From contig WGBG01000160.1 in the NCBI GenBank assembly GCA_015494395.1, forward strand, positions 1 through 57,454: 57,454 nt of DNA, written 5' to 3'. The DNA is from Deltaproteobacteria bacterium (GTDB lineage Bacteria; Desulfobacterota; Dissulfuribacteria; Dissulfuribacterales; QOAL01). Shown here piece by piece: positions 1 through 10,469 of the stretch. Position 1 is the first letter of the stretch, and each line of letters starts with the position of its first letter. The translations under genes and the position numbers were made by a program. The notes beneath the pieces were generated by a model, which was not told the DNA's origin, did not search any database, and saw nothing but the letters and a program-made list of their open reading frames with translations.

Positions 1-730
1 CACCTGTAATACGGTCGTCCTCAATGAATGGAGGCTTACGGTGTACGCCAAGGATAGCGATGTCTGAACAGTGAACAGCACCACACATGTTGAGGCAGCA
101 TGCCAGAGCGATGCGGACCTGTGCAGGAAGTTTGTGGCTTCCGAAGTAGTCAAATACCTCGTCCATAACTGCCTTCACAACACCTGATGCGTCAGTAGCA
201 GGTGTGTGGCAGTGTACCCAACCCTGGGTGTGAACGATGTTTGTAACGCCAGCGCCGGTTCCGCCTACAGGGAACTTGTAAGAACCACCGGGGAACTTGC
301 GTCCCATGAGGTCGTCCTTGAGAGCGCGCATCTTATCTTCGCTGTCAACTGTGAACTCGATGTTGTTACGGGTTGTCCACCGAACTGAACCTTCAGAGTA
401 CTTGTCAGCGATTTCACAGATCTCGCGGATAGTGTCAGTAGTGATGAGACGGGGAGATGCACAGCGAACTGCATAGCATACGTCGCCTGTTTCGCTCTCG
501 TACTTGATAACGCCAGGCTCAACGATCTCATGGCTCTTCCATTTGCCGTAGTTGTTCTTGATTACCGGCGGGAAGAACTGCTCATAGTGTGGGGGGCCGA
601 TATCAGTGATCCTGTTAGCCATTGGCTTTGAAGGATCGTACAGTTTTTCGGCAAGGTCTTTGTCGTAAGGCTTGGCGACAGTGTCTTTAATATTGCAACC
701 TGGGTTGTCTACCCATTTTTCTGCGAACAT
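1..730 (-). CDS. dsrB: Dissimilatory sulfite reductase beta subunit (3'-truncated by the window edge; absent from the ORF track)
   Basis: Manual translation from ATG at 730 (RBS GGAGG upstream): ...[34 protein letters not shown]...[10 protein letters not shown]...[17 protein letters not shown]...[19 protein letters not shown]; directly downstream of dsrA. Confidence 0.97.
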   Translation of the reverse strand, partial: MFAEKWVDNPGCNIKDTVAKPYDKDLAEKLYDPSKPMANRITDIGPPHYEQFFPPVIKNNYGKWKSHEIVEPGVIKYESETGDVCYAVRCASPRLITTDTIREICEIADKYSEGSVRWTTRNNIEFTVDSEDKMRALKDDLMGRKFPGGSYKFPVGGTGAGVTNIVHTQGWVHCHTPATDASGVVKAVMDEVFDYFGSHKLPAQVRIALACCLNMCGAVHCSDIAILGVHRKPPFIEDDRITG

Positions 731-759
731 ATCTTTAATTACCTCCTGTTAGGTTCAGA

Positions 760-2046
760 TTAAGCAGCGTGCCTTGCGCGGAATTCCTTGATGTCGCGAT
801 CCCAACCACCCTCAACTTCATCTGCACTCCAGAATACGTAGGGGTTGGACCTGGGCTCTTTAACATGCTGCGGGATAGGCTTAACGCCAGCACGACGGAA
901 GAGCTCCTGCAGTGACTGACGCTGTATGAGCTCACCGAAACGCTCACGGTTCTTGCCTTCTTCCATCCACCAATCCCAGATGTTCTCAACGAATTCCTTG
1001 AACTCGTCAAGGTCGTCTTCCATCTTGATGAACGGAATTACCAGGGTTGACATCTGAGCGCCGTCCAGGATCGGAGCCTTGGCACCGGTGAGGATTGTTG
1101 CGCCTGTGTCTGTGCCTGGGCGAAGGGCTGCGGGCATTACATTGATGCAGTGCATGCAGCGTGTACATTCGCGGTTGTCGATCTTTAGCTCATCACCTTC
1201 CATCCACATACAGCCTGTGGGGCAAAGATCAATAACCTCTTTCTGAATGTCGAATGCACCCCAGTCCCTGTCGCTGTGTGCGCCGCCATTGGGTGCGATC
1301 TCACCACCGATGTAGGCCTTTACTGCCTCCTGGTCGATGCGGATGTCGTCTCTCCATGTACCGATGATGGAGCAGCATGAACGTGCAATAGCTGCAACGC
1401 AGTCATTGGGGCATCCGGATACCTTGAACTTGAACTTGTAGGGGAATGCCGGCCTGTGAAGCTCATCCTGGTAGGTCTGGGTCAGGTTGTAGCAGATCTC
1501 CTGAGTGTCAAGGCATGACCACTCGCAGCGGGCCTTACCGATGCAGCAGGAAGGGGTACGAAGGTTTGAGCCTGAACCACCGAGGTCAACATCCATCTGA
1601 TGGGTGAGGTCGTAGAATACAGGCTCAAGCTGATCTGTTGAGGTTCCAAGGAGAACCATGTCACCTGTGGAGCCGTGGAGGTTGGTCATTCCGCTGCCGC
1701 GGTAGTCCCACATCTCGCAGATCTTGCGGAGGTAATCTGTGGTGTAAAACTTACTAGCTGGCTGGTTAACACGAATTGTGTGGAAATGAGCAATGCTGGG
1801 GAACTGATCCGGTACGTCAGAGTAACGGCCGATAACGCCGCCGCCGTATCCGAAAACACCAACGATTCCACCGTGCTTCCAGTGTGTTTCCTTGTGCTTG
1901 AATGAGAGTTCAAGCTGACCCAGAAGGTCCAGACATGCCTGCTTGCCGTTCAAGCCTTTCTGCTCGATATCATCGACAAAGCTTGGGAATGGACCTGATT
2001 TTAGGTCATCTAACATCGGAGTGTCATGCTTTTTGACATCTGCCAT
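760..2046 (-). CDS. dsrA: Dissimilatory sulfite reductase alpha subunit
   Basis: HWKHGGIVGVFGYGGGVIGRY, siroheme/4Fe-4S motifs CIGKARC and SGCPNDC, ferredoxin domain CTRCMHC, C-terminal EPRSNPY; strong RBS. Confidence 0.99.
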   Translation of the reverse strand: MADVKKHDTPMLDDLKSGPFPSFVDDIEQKGLNGKQACLDLLGQLELSFKHKETHWKHGGIVGVFGYGGGVIGRYSDVPDQFPSIAHFHTIRVNQPASKFYTTDYLRKICEMWDYRGSGMTNLHGSTGDMVLLGTSTDQLEPVFYDLTHQMDVDLGGSGSNLRTPSCCIGKARCEWSCLDTQEICYNLTQTYQDELHRPAFPYKFKFKVSGCPNDCVAAIARSCCSIIGTWRDDIRIDQEAVKAYIGGEIAPNGGAHSDRDWGAFDIQKEVIDLCPTGCMWMEGDELKIDNRECTRCMHCINVMPAALRPGTDTGATILTGAKAPILDGAQMSTLVIPFIKMEDDLDEFKEFVENIWDWWMEEGKNRERFGELIQRQSLQELFRRAGVKPIPQHVKEPRSNPYVFWSADEVEGGWDRDIKEFRARHAA

Positions 2047-2186
2047 TTAATTCTCCCTCCTTGATGGTGTATTTTTTGCTGGTTATAGTGTAAAACGTCC
2101 GGGACGGCGGAAGCCGATACACAGCCCGGGGCTAAAATGAATAACTATTCGGTGAAAAATGACGCACCTTTTCATAGGTAAAACCG

Positions 2187-2216
2187 TTTATAATATCCAA
2201 CGCCTTTGCTTGTCAA
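2187..2216 (-). promoter_or_regulatory. Probable sigma70 promoter of dsrAB
   Basis: Minus strand TTGACA followed by TATTAT (15-nt spacer) or TATAAA (18-nt spacer), about 140 nt upstream of dsrA. Confidence 0.5.
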
Positions 2217-2346
2217 CCCTAAAAAACATGAGAACTGTCTAAAAATGAATGGATGCTCATTTTTTTTTATATTTCTTGAAATTCGGGTGTTGCGCAATAC
2301 GCAACCCTGTCCATAAAACTGCTCAAATCCTGAATGGAGATTCAAT

Positions 2347-3213
2347 TTGTCTGTTCTTTCATGTGATCTGCACACCCACTCAAACTGTTCCGACGGTTCT
2401 GACCCCCCCGGTATTCTTGTTAAAAAGGCTGCTGATGCAGGGTTGCATGCCATTGCACTCACAGATCACGATACTGTAAGCGGGTTGGCCGAGGCAGGAG
2501 CTGAGGCCCGGGTATTGGGTATGGAGTGTGTACCCGGCATAGAGTTTGGCGTCCGAGCCTCCAAGGGCAACATGCACATCCTCGGGTACTTTGTTGATCC
2601 TTCAGATGGACTGTTCAGCGCAACCCTGAAAAGGGTGCAGGCTGCACGTGCTGAGCGTACGCCCAGACTCATAAAAAGGCTTTCTGATCTTGGTATTTCC
2701 ATCACTGCTGATGAGCTTGAGTCTATTACAACTGGCGGCCAGGTGGGGCGTCCACATTTTGCAAGGCTTCTTGTGGAAAAGGGGTATGTAAAGGATTTCG
2801 GGCAGGCATTCTCAAAGTATCTTGCCCGGGGAGCAAAGGCGTATGTGCCAAAGTCCATACTTTCACCTGATGAGGCAATCCAGGCCATCCATTCAGCCTG
2901 CGGCCTTGCTGTACTTGCCCATCCCTTTTCCCTTCAGTGTACAAGCCGCAGGGAACTTGAGGCTGTGGTTCAGGGACTGTGCCAACAGGGGCTTGACGGC
3001 ATGGAGTGCTGGTACAGTGAACATTCTCCTTCCTTCACAAGACAGTGCCTTGATATAACCGGGAAGTTTAATATTGTTGCAACAGGGGGCAGTGATTATC
3101 ACGGTGCTGCAAAACCTTATATAAAACTTGGGAGGGGGAAGGGAAATCTGATCGTGCCCTACGAATGTGTTGAAGCGTTGAGGGCAAGGCATAAGGAGAA
3201 GTATGGTGCGTAG
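2347..3213 (+). CDS. PHP-domain metal-dependent phosphoesterase (TrpH/YciV-like)
   Basis: DLHTHSNCSDG, ALTDHD, HILGY, GRPH, LAHP and GGSDYHG motifs; TTG start after GGAG. Confidence 0.92.
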   Translation: MSVLSCDLHTHSNCSDGSDPPGILVKKAADAGLHAIALTDHDTVSGLAEAGAEARVLGMECVPGIEFGVRASKGNMHILGYFVDPSDGLFSATLKRVQAARAERTPRLIKRLSDLGISITADELESITTGGQVGRPHFARLLVEKGYVKDFGQAFSKYLARGAKAYVPKSILSPDEAIQAIHSACGLAVLAHPFSLQCTSRRELEAVVQGLCQQGLDGMECWYSEHSPSFTRQCLDITGKFNIVATGGSDYHGAAKPYIKLGRGKGNLIVPYECVEALRARHKEKYGA

Positions 3214-3231
3214 TATGAAGATGTTGAATTT

Positions 3232-4842
3232 ATGAAGAGCTTCAAACATATATTAGTGCTGATTTTAACGGTTTTTTTTGCTGCATCCGGCGTAGCTGAT
3301 GCGGCAGATGGAGGACCTGATTATGGAGGAGCAATAGTTGTCGGCTCAATCGGTGATGCTTCAAACCTTATCCCAATGCTCTCCTCTGATGCCACATCTC
3401 ACAATATAGCAGGTCTTATCTATGCCGGGCTTGTAAAGTATGACAAAAATCTTGAGCTTGTGGGTGATCTGGCCGAGTCGTGGGATATTGAGCAGGATGG
3501 CAGGCTTATAACCTTTCATCTGAGACATGGAGTCAAATGGGAGGATGGCCATGAATTTACGTCTGCTGATGTACTTTTTGGTTTTAATACCATAACATCC
3601 CCTGATACACCCACTGCATACGCTGGAGATTTCCTTGAGGTGGAAAAGGCAGAGGCGCCGGATCCGTACACATTCAGGGTGCTGTACAAAGAGCCTTTTG
3701 CGCCGGCCCTGAGTTCATGGGGTGATATAGTAGTGCTCCCGCGCCATCTCCTTGAGGGAGTAAAGATAACAGAAAGCTCCCTGGCCAGAAAACCCGTTGG
3801 GCTGGGCCCCTTCAGGCTCCGGGAGTGGAAGACCCAGGAGAAGATTGTACTGGAGGAAAGCCCCACCTATTTTGCCGGAAGGCCCTATCTTGACCGGTAC
3901 ATAATGCGTATCATTCCAGATCCTGCAACAATGTTTCTTGAGCTTAAGGCTGGCGGGCTGGACTGGATGGGGCTTTCTCCAATGCAGTATCAGCGACAGA
4001 CAGAAACCCCGTTTTTCAAAAAGAATTTTTCAAGGTACAAGTATCTTTCGTTTTCATACACCTACCTTGGTTATAATCTCAGGCATCCATTTTTCAAGGA
4101 CAGGCGTGTCCGGCAGGCAATATCCTATGCAGTTGACAAGGAGGAGATCATCCGGGGTGTGCTGCTTGGCTACGGGGTTGTTGCCACAGGCCCGTACAAG
4201 CCTGATGCCTGGTATTATAATCCGGATGTGCGCCGTTATCCTTACGATCCTGAGCGTGCCCGCAGTATGCTTGCCCAGGCAGGATGGAAGGACAGTGATG
4301 GTGACGGCTGGCTTGACCGGGATGGGCAGGTTTTTGAGTTCACTGTGCTTACCAACCAGGGAAACAGCCTCAGGGACCGCACTGCACAGATAATACAGTA
4401 CAGGCTTAAACAGATAGGAATCAACATGCACATCAGGGCACTTGAGTGGACTGCCTTTATAAACGATTTTATCGACAAACGGCGTTTTGAGGCGGTAATC
4501 CTTGGCTGGACCCTGGGGCAGGACCCTGATTTATACGATATATGGCATTCTTCTAAAACAGCTCCCAAGCAGCTTAACTTTGTCGGCTATAAAAATCCTG
4601 AGCTTGACAGGTTGCTGGTAGCCGGCAGACGCACCTTTGATCGCAGGGAGAGAAAGCGCATTTATGCAAAGGTGCAGGAGATACTTGCCGAGGATCAGCC
4701 GTACACCTTTCTTTACGTGCCAATGTCCCTTCCGGTTATTCATAAACGCTTCCGCGGCATAAAGCCTGCCCCTGCGGGTATTTCATATAATCTTGAGCGT
4801 TGGTGGGTACCAAGGAACGAACAGAAGTATATTATGCCCTGA
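3232..4842 (+). CDS. Peptide/nickel ABC transporter substrate-binding protein (family 5)
   Basis: Signal peptide; LAESW, FHLRHGVKWEDG..FTSADV, DRRVRQAI family-5 motifs. Confidence 0.95.
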   Translation: MKSFKHILVLILTVFFAASGVADAADGGPDYGGAIVVGSIGDASNLIPMLSSDATSHNIAGLIYAGLVKYDKNLELVGDLAESWDIEQDGRLITFHLRHGVKWEDGHEFTSADVLFGFNTITSPDTPTAYAGDFLEVEKAEAPDPYTFRVLYKEPFAPALSSWGDIVVLPRHLLEGVKITESSLARKPVGLGPFRLREWKTQEKIVLEESPTYFAGRPYLDRYIMRIIPDPATMFLELKAGGLDWMGLSPMQYQRQTETPFFKKNFSRYKYLSFSYTYLGYNLRHPFFKDRRVRQAISYAVDKEEIIRGVLLGYGVVATGPYKPDAWYYNPDVRRYPYDPERARSMLAQAGWKDSDGDGWLDRDGQVFEFTVLTNQGNSLRDRTAQIIQYRLKQIGINMHIRALEWTAFINDFIDKRRFEAVILGWTLGQDPDLYDIWHSSKTAPKQLNFVGYKNPELDRLLVAGRRTFDRRERKRIYAKVQEILAEDQPYTFLYVPMSLPVIHKRFRGIKPAPAGISYNLERWWVPRNEQKYIMP

Positions 4843-4869
4843 GATGGGAGAATAATATCTCTTAATGAT

Positions 4870-5868
4870 ATGAATCTATTCATCTATTTTATAAGGCGTC
4901 TGTGGGGGCTTGTGCCCACCTTTATCGGTATCACACTGATTTCTTTTTTTGTGATGCACCTGGCCCCCGGCGAGCCCATGAGCATACAGGCGGATTTCAA
5001 TCCCAAGATGACACCTGAGATGCGCCAGAGGCTAAGGGCGCAGTATGGTCTGGATAAACCCCTGTATGTCCAGTACCTGAAATGGCTCAAGGGTCTCGCT
5101 GTGCTTGACCTTGGAAAATCCTTTGCCCCGGACAGGAGGCCGGTCTGGGACAAGATCAGAGAGCGTCTCCCAATTACCCTGCTTATAAATGTACTGTCAC
5201 TGGTGCTGGTTATTGTAGTGGCCGTGCCACTGGGCGTAAAGGCAGCGGTGCGCCATAACTCCCTCTTTGATCAGATAACCACGGTGCTGGTCTTTGTTGC
5301 TTACGCTGCACCTGCATTCTGGGTGGCTCTGCTCCTGATGCTCTACTTTGGAGTGGACCTGGGATGGCTGCCAATTTCGGGGATTCACAGTCTCATGGGA
5401 TATGACCAGATGCCCTGGTGGCAGAAGGCGCTGGATTGGGCCAAGCATCTGATACTTCCTGTATTTGTCTCAGCCATAGGTGGGCTTGCGGGGCTTTCAA
5501 GATATACCCGTTCATCAATGCTCGAGGTCATGAGGCAGGACTACATTACCACCGCCAGGGCCAAGGGCGTTCCTGAACACGAAGTTGTTTATCGTCATGC
5601 GCTTCGCAATGCACTTTTACCCCTTATTACCATACTTGGCCTCTCCCTTCCCGGCATGATAGGAGGCAGTGTTATCTTTGAGTCCATATTTGCAATTCCA
5701 GGGGTGGGCCAGCTTATGTGGACCAGTGTTATGGCAAGGGATTACCCTGTTCTCATGGGAAATCTGGTGATAGTTGCCGTACTCACCCTGGTTGGGAATC
5801 TGCTTGCAGATATCGGATATGCCCTTGCTGACCCGCGCATAAGGACCGGAGTGCAGAGTGATGAGTAG
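4870..5868 (+). CDS. Peptide ABC transporter permease (OppB/DppB-like)
   Basis: [20 protein letters not shown] loop, HALRNAL, RDYP, DPRIR. Confidence 0.95.
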   Translation: MNLFIYFIRRLWGLVPTFIGITLISFFVMHLAPGEPMSIQADFNPKMTPEMRQRLRAQYGLDKPLYVQYLKWLKGLAVLDLGKSFAPDRRPVWDKIRERLPITLLINVLSLVLVIVVAVPLGVKAAVRHNSLFDQITTVLVFVAYAAPAFWVALLLMLYFGVDLGWLPISGIHSLMGYDQMPWWQKALDWAKHLILPVFVSAIGGLAGLSRYTRSSMLEVMRQDYITTARAKGVPEHEVVYRHALRNALLPLITILGLSLPGMIGGSVIFESIFAIPGVGQLMWTSVMARDYPVLMGNLVIVAVLTLVGNLLADIGYALADPRIRTGVQSDE

Positions 5869-6712
5869 GCAGGTACGACATAGTCTTTTAAGGGTATTCC
5901 TGGCAAATCCCCTTGCCATTTCGGGCATTACCCTGGTGGGAACCCTCTGTATCATAGCCGTGCTTGCGCCCTGGATCTCACCCTATGATCCCCAGGCCAT
6001 AGATACCTGGCATATCCTTGAGCCACCGTCTGCACAGCACTGGCTGGGTACCGACACCCTGGGAAGAGACTGCCTCTCAAGGCTCATTTATGGTTCCCGC
6101 ATTTCGCTCCTTGTGGGCTTTGTGGCTGTTGGTATTGCCACATTTATCGGCGCATTTCTCGGAGGAATTGCAGGTTATTATGGTGGTAAGGTTGACTGGG
6201 TCATAATGCGCCTGGTGGATATAATGCTCTGTTTCCCCACGATATTTTTGATAATGGCGGTTATTGCGTTTCTTGAGCCATCCATCTGGAATATCATGGC
6301 GGTTATAGGCCTGACAGGATGGATGGGAGTGGCAAGGCTTGTCAGGGCGGAATTTTTGAGCCTCAGAAAGCGGGATTTTGTTCTGGCTGCAAGGATTTCA
6401 GGTGCCTCAGACCTCCGAATCGCCTTCTCCCACATACTGCCCAATGCCATTGCACCTGTGCTGGTCTCTGCAACCCTTGGGGTGGGCGGTGCGATCCTTA
6501 CGGAAAGCGCTCTGAGTTTTCTTGGAATTGGCGTGCAACCCCCTACGCCAAGCTGGGGGAATATGCTTACTGCAGGCAAGGATAACCTTGAGATTGCATG
6601 GTGGCTTTCCGTCTATCCGGGCCTTGCAATCTTGGTAACAGTGCTTGGGTACAACCTGCTTGGCGAGGGGCTGCGGGATGCCCTTGATCCCCGGAGCCGG
6701 GAGAGAGGGTAG
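5858..6712 (+). CDS. Peptide ABC transporter permease (OppC/DppC-like)
   Basis: [34 protein letters not shown]. Confidence 0.95.
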   Translation: MMSRQVRHSLLRVFLANPLAISGITLVGTLCIIAVLAPWISPYDPQAIDTWHILEPPSAQHWLGTDTLGRDCLSRLIYGSRISLLVGFVAVGIATFIGAFLGGIAGYYGGKVDWVIMRLVDIMLCFPTIFLIMAVIAFLEPSIWNIMAVIGLTGWMGVARLVRAEFLSLRKRDFVLAARISGASDLRIAFSHILPNAIAPVLVSATLGVGGAILTESALSFLGIGVQPPTPSWGNMLTAGKDNLEIAWWLSVYPGLAILVTVLGYNLLGEGLRDALDPRSRERG

Positions 6713-6719
6713 GGAGGGT

Positions 6720-6740
6720 GGTGCGCAGTGCGCACCCTGC
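6720..6740 (-). repeat. GTAG-type REP palindrome
   Basis: GGTGCGCA-G-TGCGCACC-CTGC; reverse complement GCAGGGTGCGCACTGCGCACC matches the copies at 7509 and 7622. Confidence 0.7.
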
Positions 6741-6761
6741 AAGAAGAATGTTTTTTCTGGT

Positions 6762-7172
6762 TTAAGGTTCTTTGCGCTGAATTGAATGGATACGTGAGAG
6801 ATGTTTTTTGTCGTAGGAGTATATCACGTCAATTTTTTCCTGGTCCATTAAAGCCGAAATATATCCGTCAATAAAATCTATGTTATGGGTGACATAATAA
6901 TCAATTGCTTTGTCCACAAGCGATCCGTTTATGACTTTTAAACCTGGAGTAGCCAAAATGGCGTGGATCATAGGTTCAATAGTAGTGTTTTTTAGGCCAT
7001 AAAAGGATTCCAGTACCCAGACAATTTCAGCTATTACAAGCTCTGTAGTGATGAGGACTATTTCGCCTTTTTCTGCCCTGTCCAGCAGCAGTTCTACTCG
7101 ATCAGCCTTGGCTGGATCGTCGTTTGTCAGATAGCGAATGGAGATGTTGGTGTCAATAAAGACCTTTTTCAT
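6762..7172 (-). CDS. PIN-domain (VapC-like) toxin
   Basis: FIDTN, VIAE, DFIDG and SYDK acidic PIN tetrad; overlaps the antitoxin stop. Confidence 0.9.
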   Translation of the reverse strand: MKKVFIDTNISIRYLTNDDPAKADRVELLLDRAEKGEIVLITTELVIAEIVWVLESFYGLKNTTIEPMIHAILATPGLKVINGSLVDKAIDYYVTHNIDFIDGYISALMDQEKIDVIYSYDKKHLSRIHSIQRKEP

Positions 7173-7408
7173 TCCATTTCGTCCACAACCCTTTGCCCAA
7201 CTGCCTTTTTGGCTGTAAGCCGTTCTGATTCAGGATTGCCGTTTCCCGGAACAGAACCCCGTAAATCCCGAAGAGTTTTTATGGGCTGAAGGATGATTTG
7301 TTTGCCGTCGGATTTGAAATCGACCTTGTCATGTGGATTCAAATTGAATTTATCCCTCAGAGACTTGGGTATGGTAACTTGACCCTTGGTAGTTATTGTT
7401 GAAAGCAT
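7169..7408 (-). CDS. AbrB/MazE/SpoVT-family antitoxin
   Basis: STITTKGQVTIPKSLR motif; coupled upstream of the PIN gene. Confidence 0.92.
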   Translation of the reverse strand: MLSTITTKGQVTIPKSLRDKFNLNPHDKVDFKSDGKQIILQPIKTLRDLRGSVPGNGNPESERLTAKKAVGQRVVDEME

Positions 7409-7469
7409 ATTTTACTCCTAATACGAAGAAATATTTTAATTTTAAGGCAAATTTTTTTGAAATCAAGTA

Positions 7470-7642
7470 GTAGGGTACGGACAGCGCTCCTTTTTGAGTG
7501 AAATGAATGGTGCGCGATGCGCACCCTACATGATTGTGTGTGGCGATATTAATGCTGCGGGACGTTCTTTTTTTTATGAATGATATGGAGCCTGAATTTT
7601 TTGCCATTGGCATGTAGTCCTGTAGGGTGCGCACTGCGCATC
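7470..7642. repeat. Cluster of three REP units (an inverted doublet 7470-7529 plus a copy at 7622-7642)
   Basis: GTAGGGTACGGACAGCGCTCC (degenerate), GGTGCGCGATGCGCACCCTAC and GTAGGGTGCGCACTGCGCATC; the two forward copies are both followed by TTTTTGAG. Confidence 0.7.
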
Positions 7643-7707
7643 TTTTTGAGCTATCAGCGGTGCTTTTCCCCAGTGTTCAGCGCGTCCCCAGGCATTAAAG
7701 ATGTAAC

Positions 7708-9729
7708 TTACGGCCCCCCGGCCTCCCACCAGTCAACCTTGAGAATATTTTCCCTTGGAACAATGCGCTTTATCCTAACCTGTATCTCCATGTCCATGGC
7801 CCATTCAATCTGTGGACGCAGCGGTATCTCCACAGGAGTAAGGGTGTCACATAGCACCACAAGAAGCCGGTTGCCACGGCCCTTGTCAAGAATCCAGGCG
7901 TTTAGGGGTTCATCTTTTCTGGATTCAAGGTATTTAAGGGTCCAGTAACGGGTACGATTCTGGCGCACTGCCGCTGCTGCGGCAAGTCCCGCTCCAAGCC
8001 TTGCAGCCAACTGTTCCAGTTCTTCCTCGCTGTGGGTTGGCTTTCCTGTCTGGAGAAAAGAGGTGAGTTGCTGTTGCATAAGGAGGTCAAGGCCACGCCT
8101 CAGTGGAGATGTTACTGTGGTGTAGCAGTCAACTCCAAGCCCTGAGTGTTTTTCAGGTTCTGTCCCAAGGTGTCCACGGCTGATCAGCCGCCTCTGCCTG
8201 AAATTGGCAAGCAGGTCCTCCTCTTCCCCAAAGATGATCTGCTGTCTTGGTGGCGGCTGACTCCTGTATAGACCGGGAATGTTGTTATCTCTGAGAAATC
8301 TGGCTGCCACCACGTTCGCAAGTATCATGCACTCGGAAATCAGGAACCTGGCTGGCCCAAGCCTGCATAGATTTACACTGACTTCGCCATCAGTAACATT
8401 TATGATAAGCTCCGGTATGGGTAGAGGCAGTGCCCCGTTTTCGATCCTGCGCTGTTGCATCTTTTTGCACAGTTCATGGAGATGGGACAGTGTGCCCCCT
8501 GACAGTATCTCCTCCTCGGCCTCCCTGTAACTCATGCGTCGTGCTACGTTAATGAGGCTTCGTGAGATTCGGCTGTTTAGAATCTGCCCTTCATTATCAA
8601 TGGTTATGAAAAAGGAAAGTCCGCGCCTGTCTTCACCCTGGACAAGGCTCCACCTGTTATGGGACAGGATGTCCGGAAGCATTGGAATCTGCTGTTCGGG
8701 CAGGTAGATAGATGTAGCCCGGTTAATTGCCTCGTTAAAAAGGGGTGTGCCTGTTTTTATCTCATCGCTTATGTCTGTGATGTGTATGCCAATTTCCCAG
8801 CCCTCGCCCTTTTTGCAGAAGCTTAAGGCATCGTCCAGGTCCTTGCTTTCTGCTCCGTCAATGGTGACAAGGTGAAGTCCGCGGAGGTCCTCTCTGTTTT
8901 CCTTCATTGCATCAGGGAGAGACATTGCAAGCTGTTCTGCCTGTTTTTTTACTTCAGTGGGAAAGTCAGCCTCTATACCCTGTCTTAAAAGCTCAATATT
9001 TTCATCCTTGTCCCATATCCCAGCCCTTACCAGTGTTTCAAAGGCACTGCTGCTGTCAGAAAGCCCGGCATATTTCAGCAGCCCTTTTACAGAGGGTGCG
9101 TAGTCAGAGTCATCCCCCTGAATGCAGTAGTCCTTCAGTGCCGGTATCCAGAATTCCTGTATGGCGTCTTCAAATTCCTCTCCAAGAGTTCCGGTATCCT
9201 CATCTTTCCACACAGCATCAAGCCACCTGGCTCCCTTTGAAATACGCTCCAGCCGTTTTGCCTCTCTGGCACGCTGTTCAAGCAGTCGTTCCACCACCAC
9301 CGGAGGCATTACATTGATCATGCCGTCGCGGTATTTGAAATAGGTATGGTCATCTATTACAGCACGCTGGAATGCAGCAATGTGATCGTCTGTTATCTCT
9401 CCGTCAAAGGCAAGTTCAGCCAGGTCCTGGGGAGGCCATGTTTCAGCATCTTCATTGACTGCCTCCCAGACTTCCTTGATGTTTATCTGTTCCCTTAACT
9501 TATCCCTCCTGGTGTTTGTTGACTGAAGGGCAAGAATGGTACTATTCCTGTCGGAAACAGGAATTTTTTTTCTTGATGCAGCAATTATCCTGCCCGGCGC
9601 AAGGTTGAGTTCACGTCCTGTATGTGTAAGAATACGAACACGAGACCCCTTTCTGCCGATAACTGTGGCTGTGATAAACCGCTGGCTCTCAAGAAACTCT
9701 ATAACAGTACCTTCAGGTATGATGTCCAT
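7708..9729 (-). CDS. Ribonuclease II/R family exoribonuclease (RNB domain)
   Basis: TIDGAESKDLDDA catalytic motif, ECMILAN, HSGLG..YT..TSPLRR; start moved to the ATG at 9729 so that it abuts the upstream gene. Confidence 0.92.
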   Translation of the reverse strand: MDIIPEGTVIEFLESQRFITATVIGRKGSRVRILTHTGRELNLAPGRIIAASRKKIPVSDRNSTILALQSTNTRRDKLREQINIKEVWEAVNEDAETWPPQDLAELAFDGEITDDHIAAFQRAVIDDHTYFKYRDGMINVMPPVVVERLLEQRAREAKRLERISKGARWLDAVWKDEDTGTLGEEFEDAIQEFWIPALKDYCIQGDDSDYAPSVKGLLKYAGLSDSSSAFETLVRAGIWDKDENIELLRQGIEADFPTEVKKQAEQLAMSLPDAMKENREDLRGLHLVTIDGAESKDLDDALSFCKKGEGWEIGIHITDISDEIKTGTPLFNEAINRATSIYLPEQQIPMLPDILSHNRWSLVQGEDRRGLSFFITIDNEGQILNSRISRSLINVARRMSYREAEEEILSGGTLSHLHELCKKMQQRRIENGALPLPIPELIINVTDGEVSVNLCRLGPARFLISECMILANVVAARFLRDNNIPGLYRSQPPPRQQIIFGEEEDLLANFRQRRLISRGHLGTEPEKHSGLGVDCYTTVTSPLRRGLDLLMQQQLTSFLQTGKPTHSEEELEQLAARLGAGLAAAAAVRQNRTRYWTLKYLESRKDEPLNAWILDKGRGNRLLVVLCDTLTPVEIPLRPQIEWAMDMEIQVRIKRIVPRENILKVDWWEAGGP

Positions 9730-9730
9730 T

Positions 9731-10441
9731 TTATTCAGCAGGAGCAAGTCTCTTGTCCAGTTCTTCAAGGGCCTTTTCAAGCCCATAACTAAGCAGTTCA
9801 TCTGCGGTAAGCCAGCGCATACCTTCGCTTCTGTAGAAGCTGAAATCAAAAAGGTTTGCAGTTAGCGCCTGCTGTGTCTTGTCAAAGTTATAACGCCAAA
9901 GCAGGGCACCATCCCTGGTGCGTATCAGGTTCAGGTCAAATCCTACGGAGGCCGGACGTTCCACAGAATACCTGCTGCCTATACGTTCCCTGTACTTGTA
10001 GAGTTTTCCATAGAGCACAGCATCGACATTTAACTGCCTTCCAAATGCTCTTATAAGATTAAGTTGTGACTGGCTAATGTTAGAGGCAAGAAAGTTGTTC
10101 AAGAAACCCATGCACTTGCCTTCAGGTACCTCCACAAATCGGGGGTCATTCTTGTATCTTTCAAAGATTATCCCTGTCATAAATTCCGCAGGCTCGGGTG
10201 GAACAATATTGGTGTCAACAACCGAGTCGCTGATGTTGCACGTTGGTCGGTCACTGACCTTTGCTGATGCCCTGTCCATCGGAAGTATGGCAATACGCTT
10301 CAGTTCGGGAAGCGGCTGCACTGTCTTGTCACGGCTTCCAAATAAACCGCAGCCTGAAATCAGCACAAGGCAGAACAGAACGGTTATGGCACAGCCTGAA
10401 GTTTTTAAGAGCTGGTTTATGTTAAAGCCTTCCCTGTTCAT
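9731..10441 (-). CDS. Putative lipoprotein (CsgG/TolB-N-like fold)
   Basis: Lipobox LISGC; RIAILP...LNVDAVLYG...ASVGFDLNLI..DGALLW pattern. Confidence 0.7.
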   Translation of the reverse strand: MNREGFNINQLLKTSGCAITVLFCLVLISGCGLFGSRDKTVQPLPELKRIAILPMDRASAKVSDRPTCNISDSVVDTNIVPPEPAEFMTGIIFERYKNDPRFVEVPEGKCMGFLNNFLASNISQSQLNLIRAFGRQLNVDAVLYGKLYKYRERIGSRYSVERPASVGFDLNLIRTRDGALLWRYNFDKTQQALTANLFDFSFYRSEGMRWLTADELLSYGLEKALEELDKRLAPAE

Positions 10442-10469
10442 GATTTTACCCCTCCATCCCTCATCAGGG

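Noticed and set aside
6720-7642. CRISPR array or integron attC sites
   Set aside because: The repeats are irregularly spaced and in mixed orientation, with no cas or intI gene and no RYYYAAC/GTTRRRY box pair
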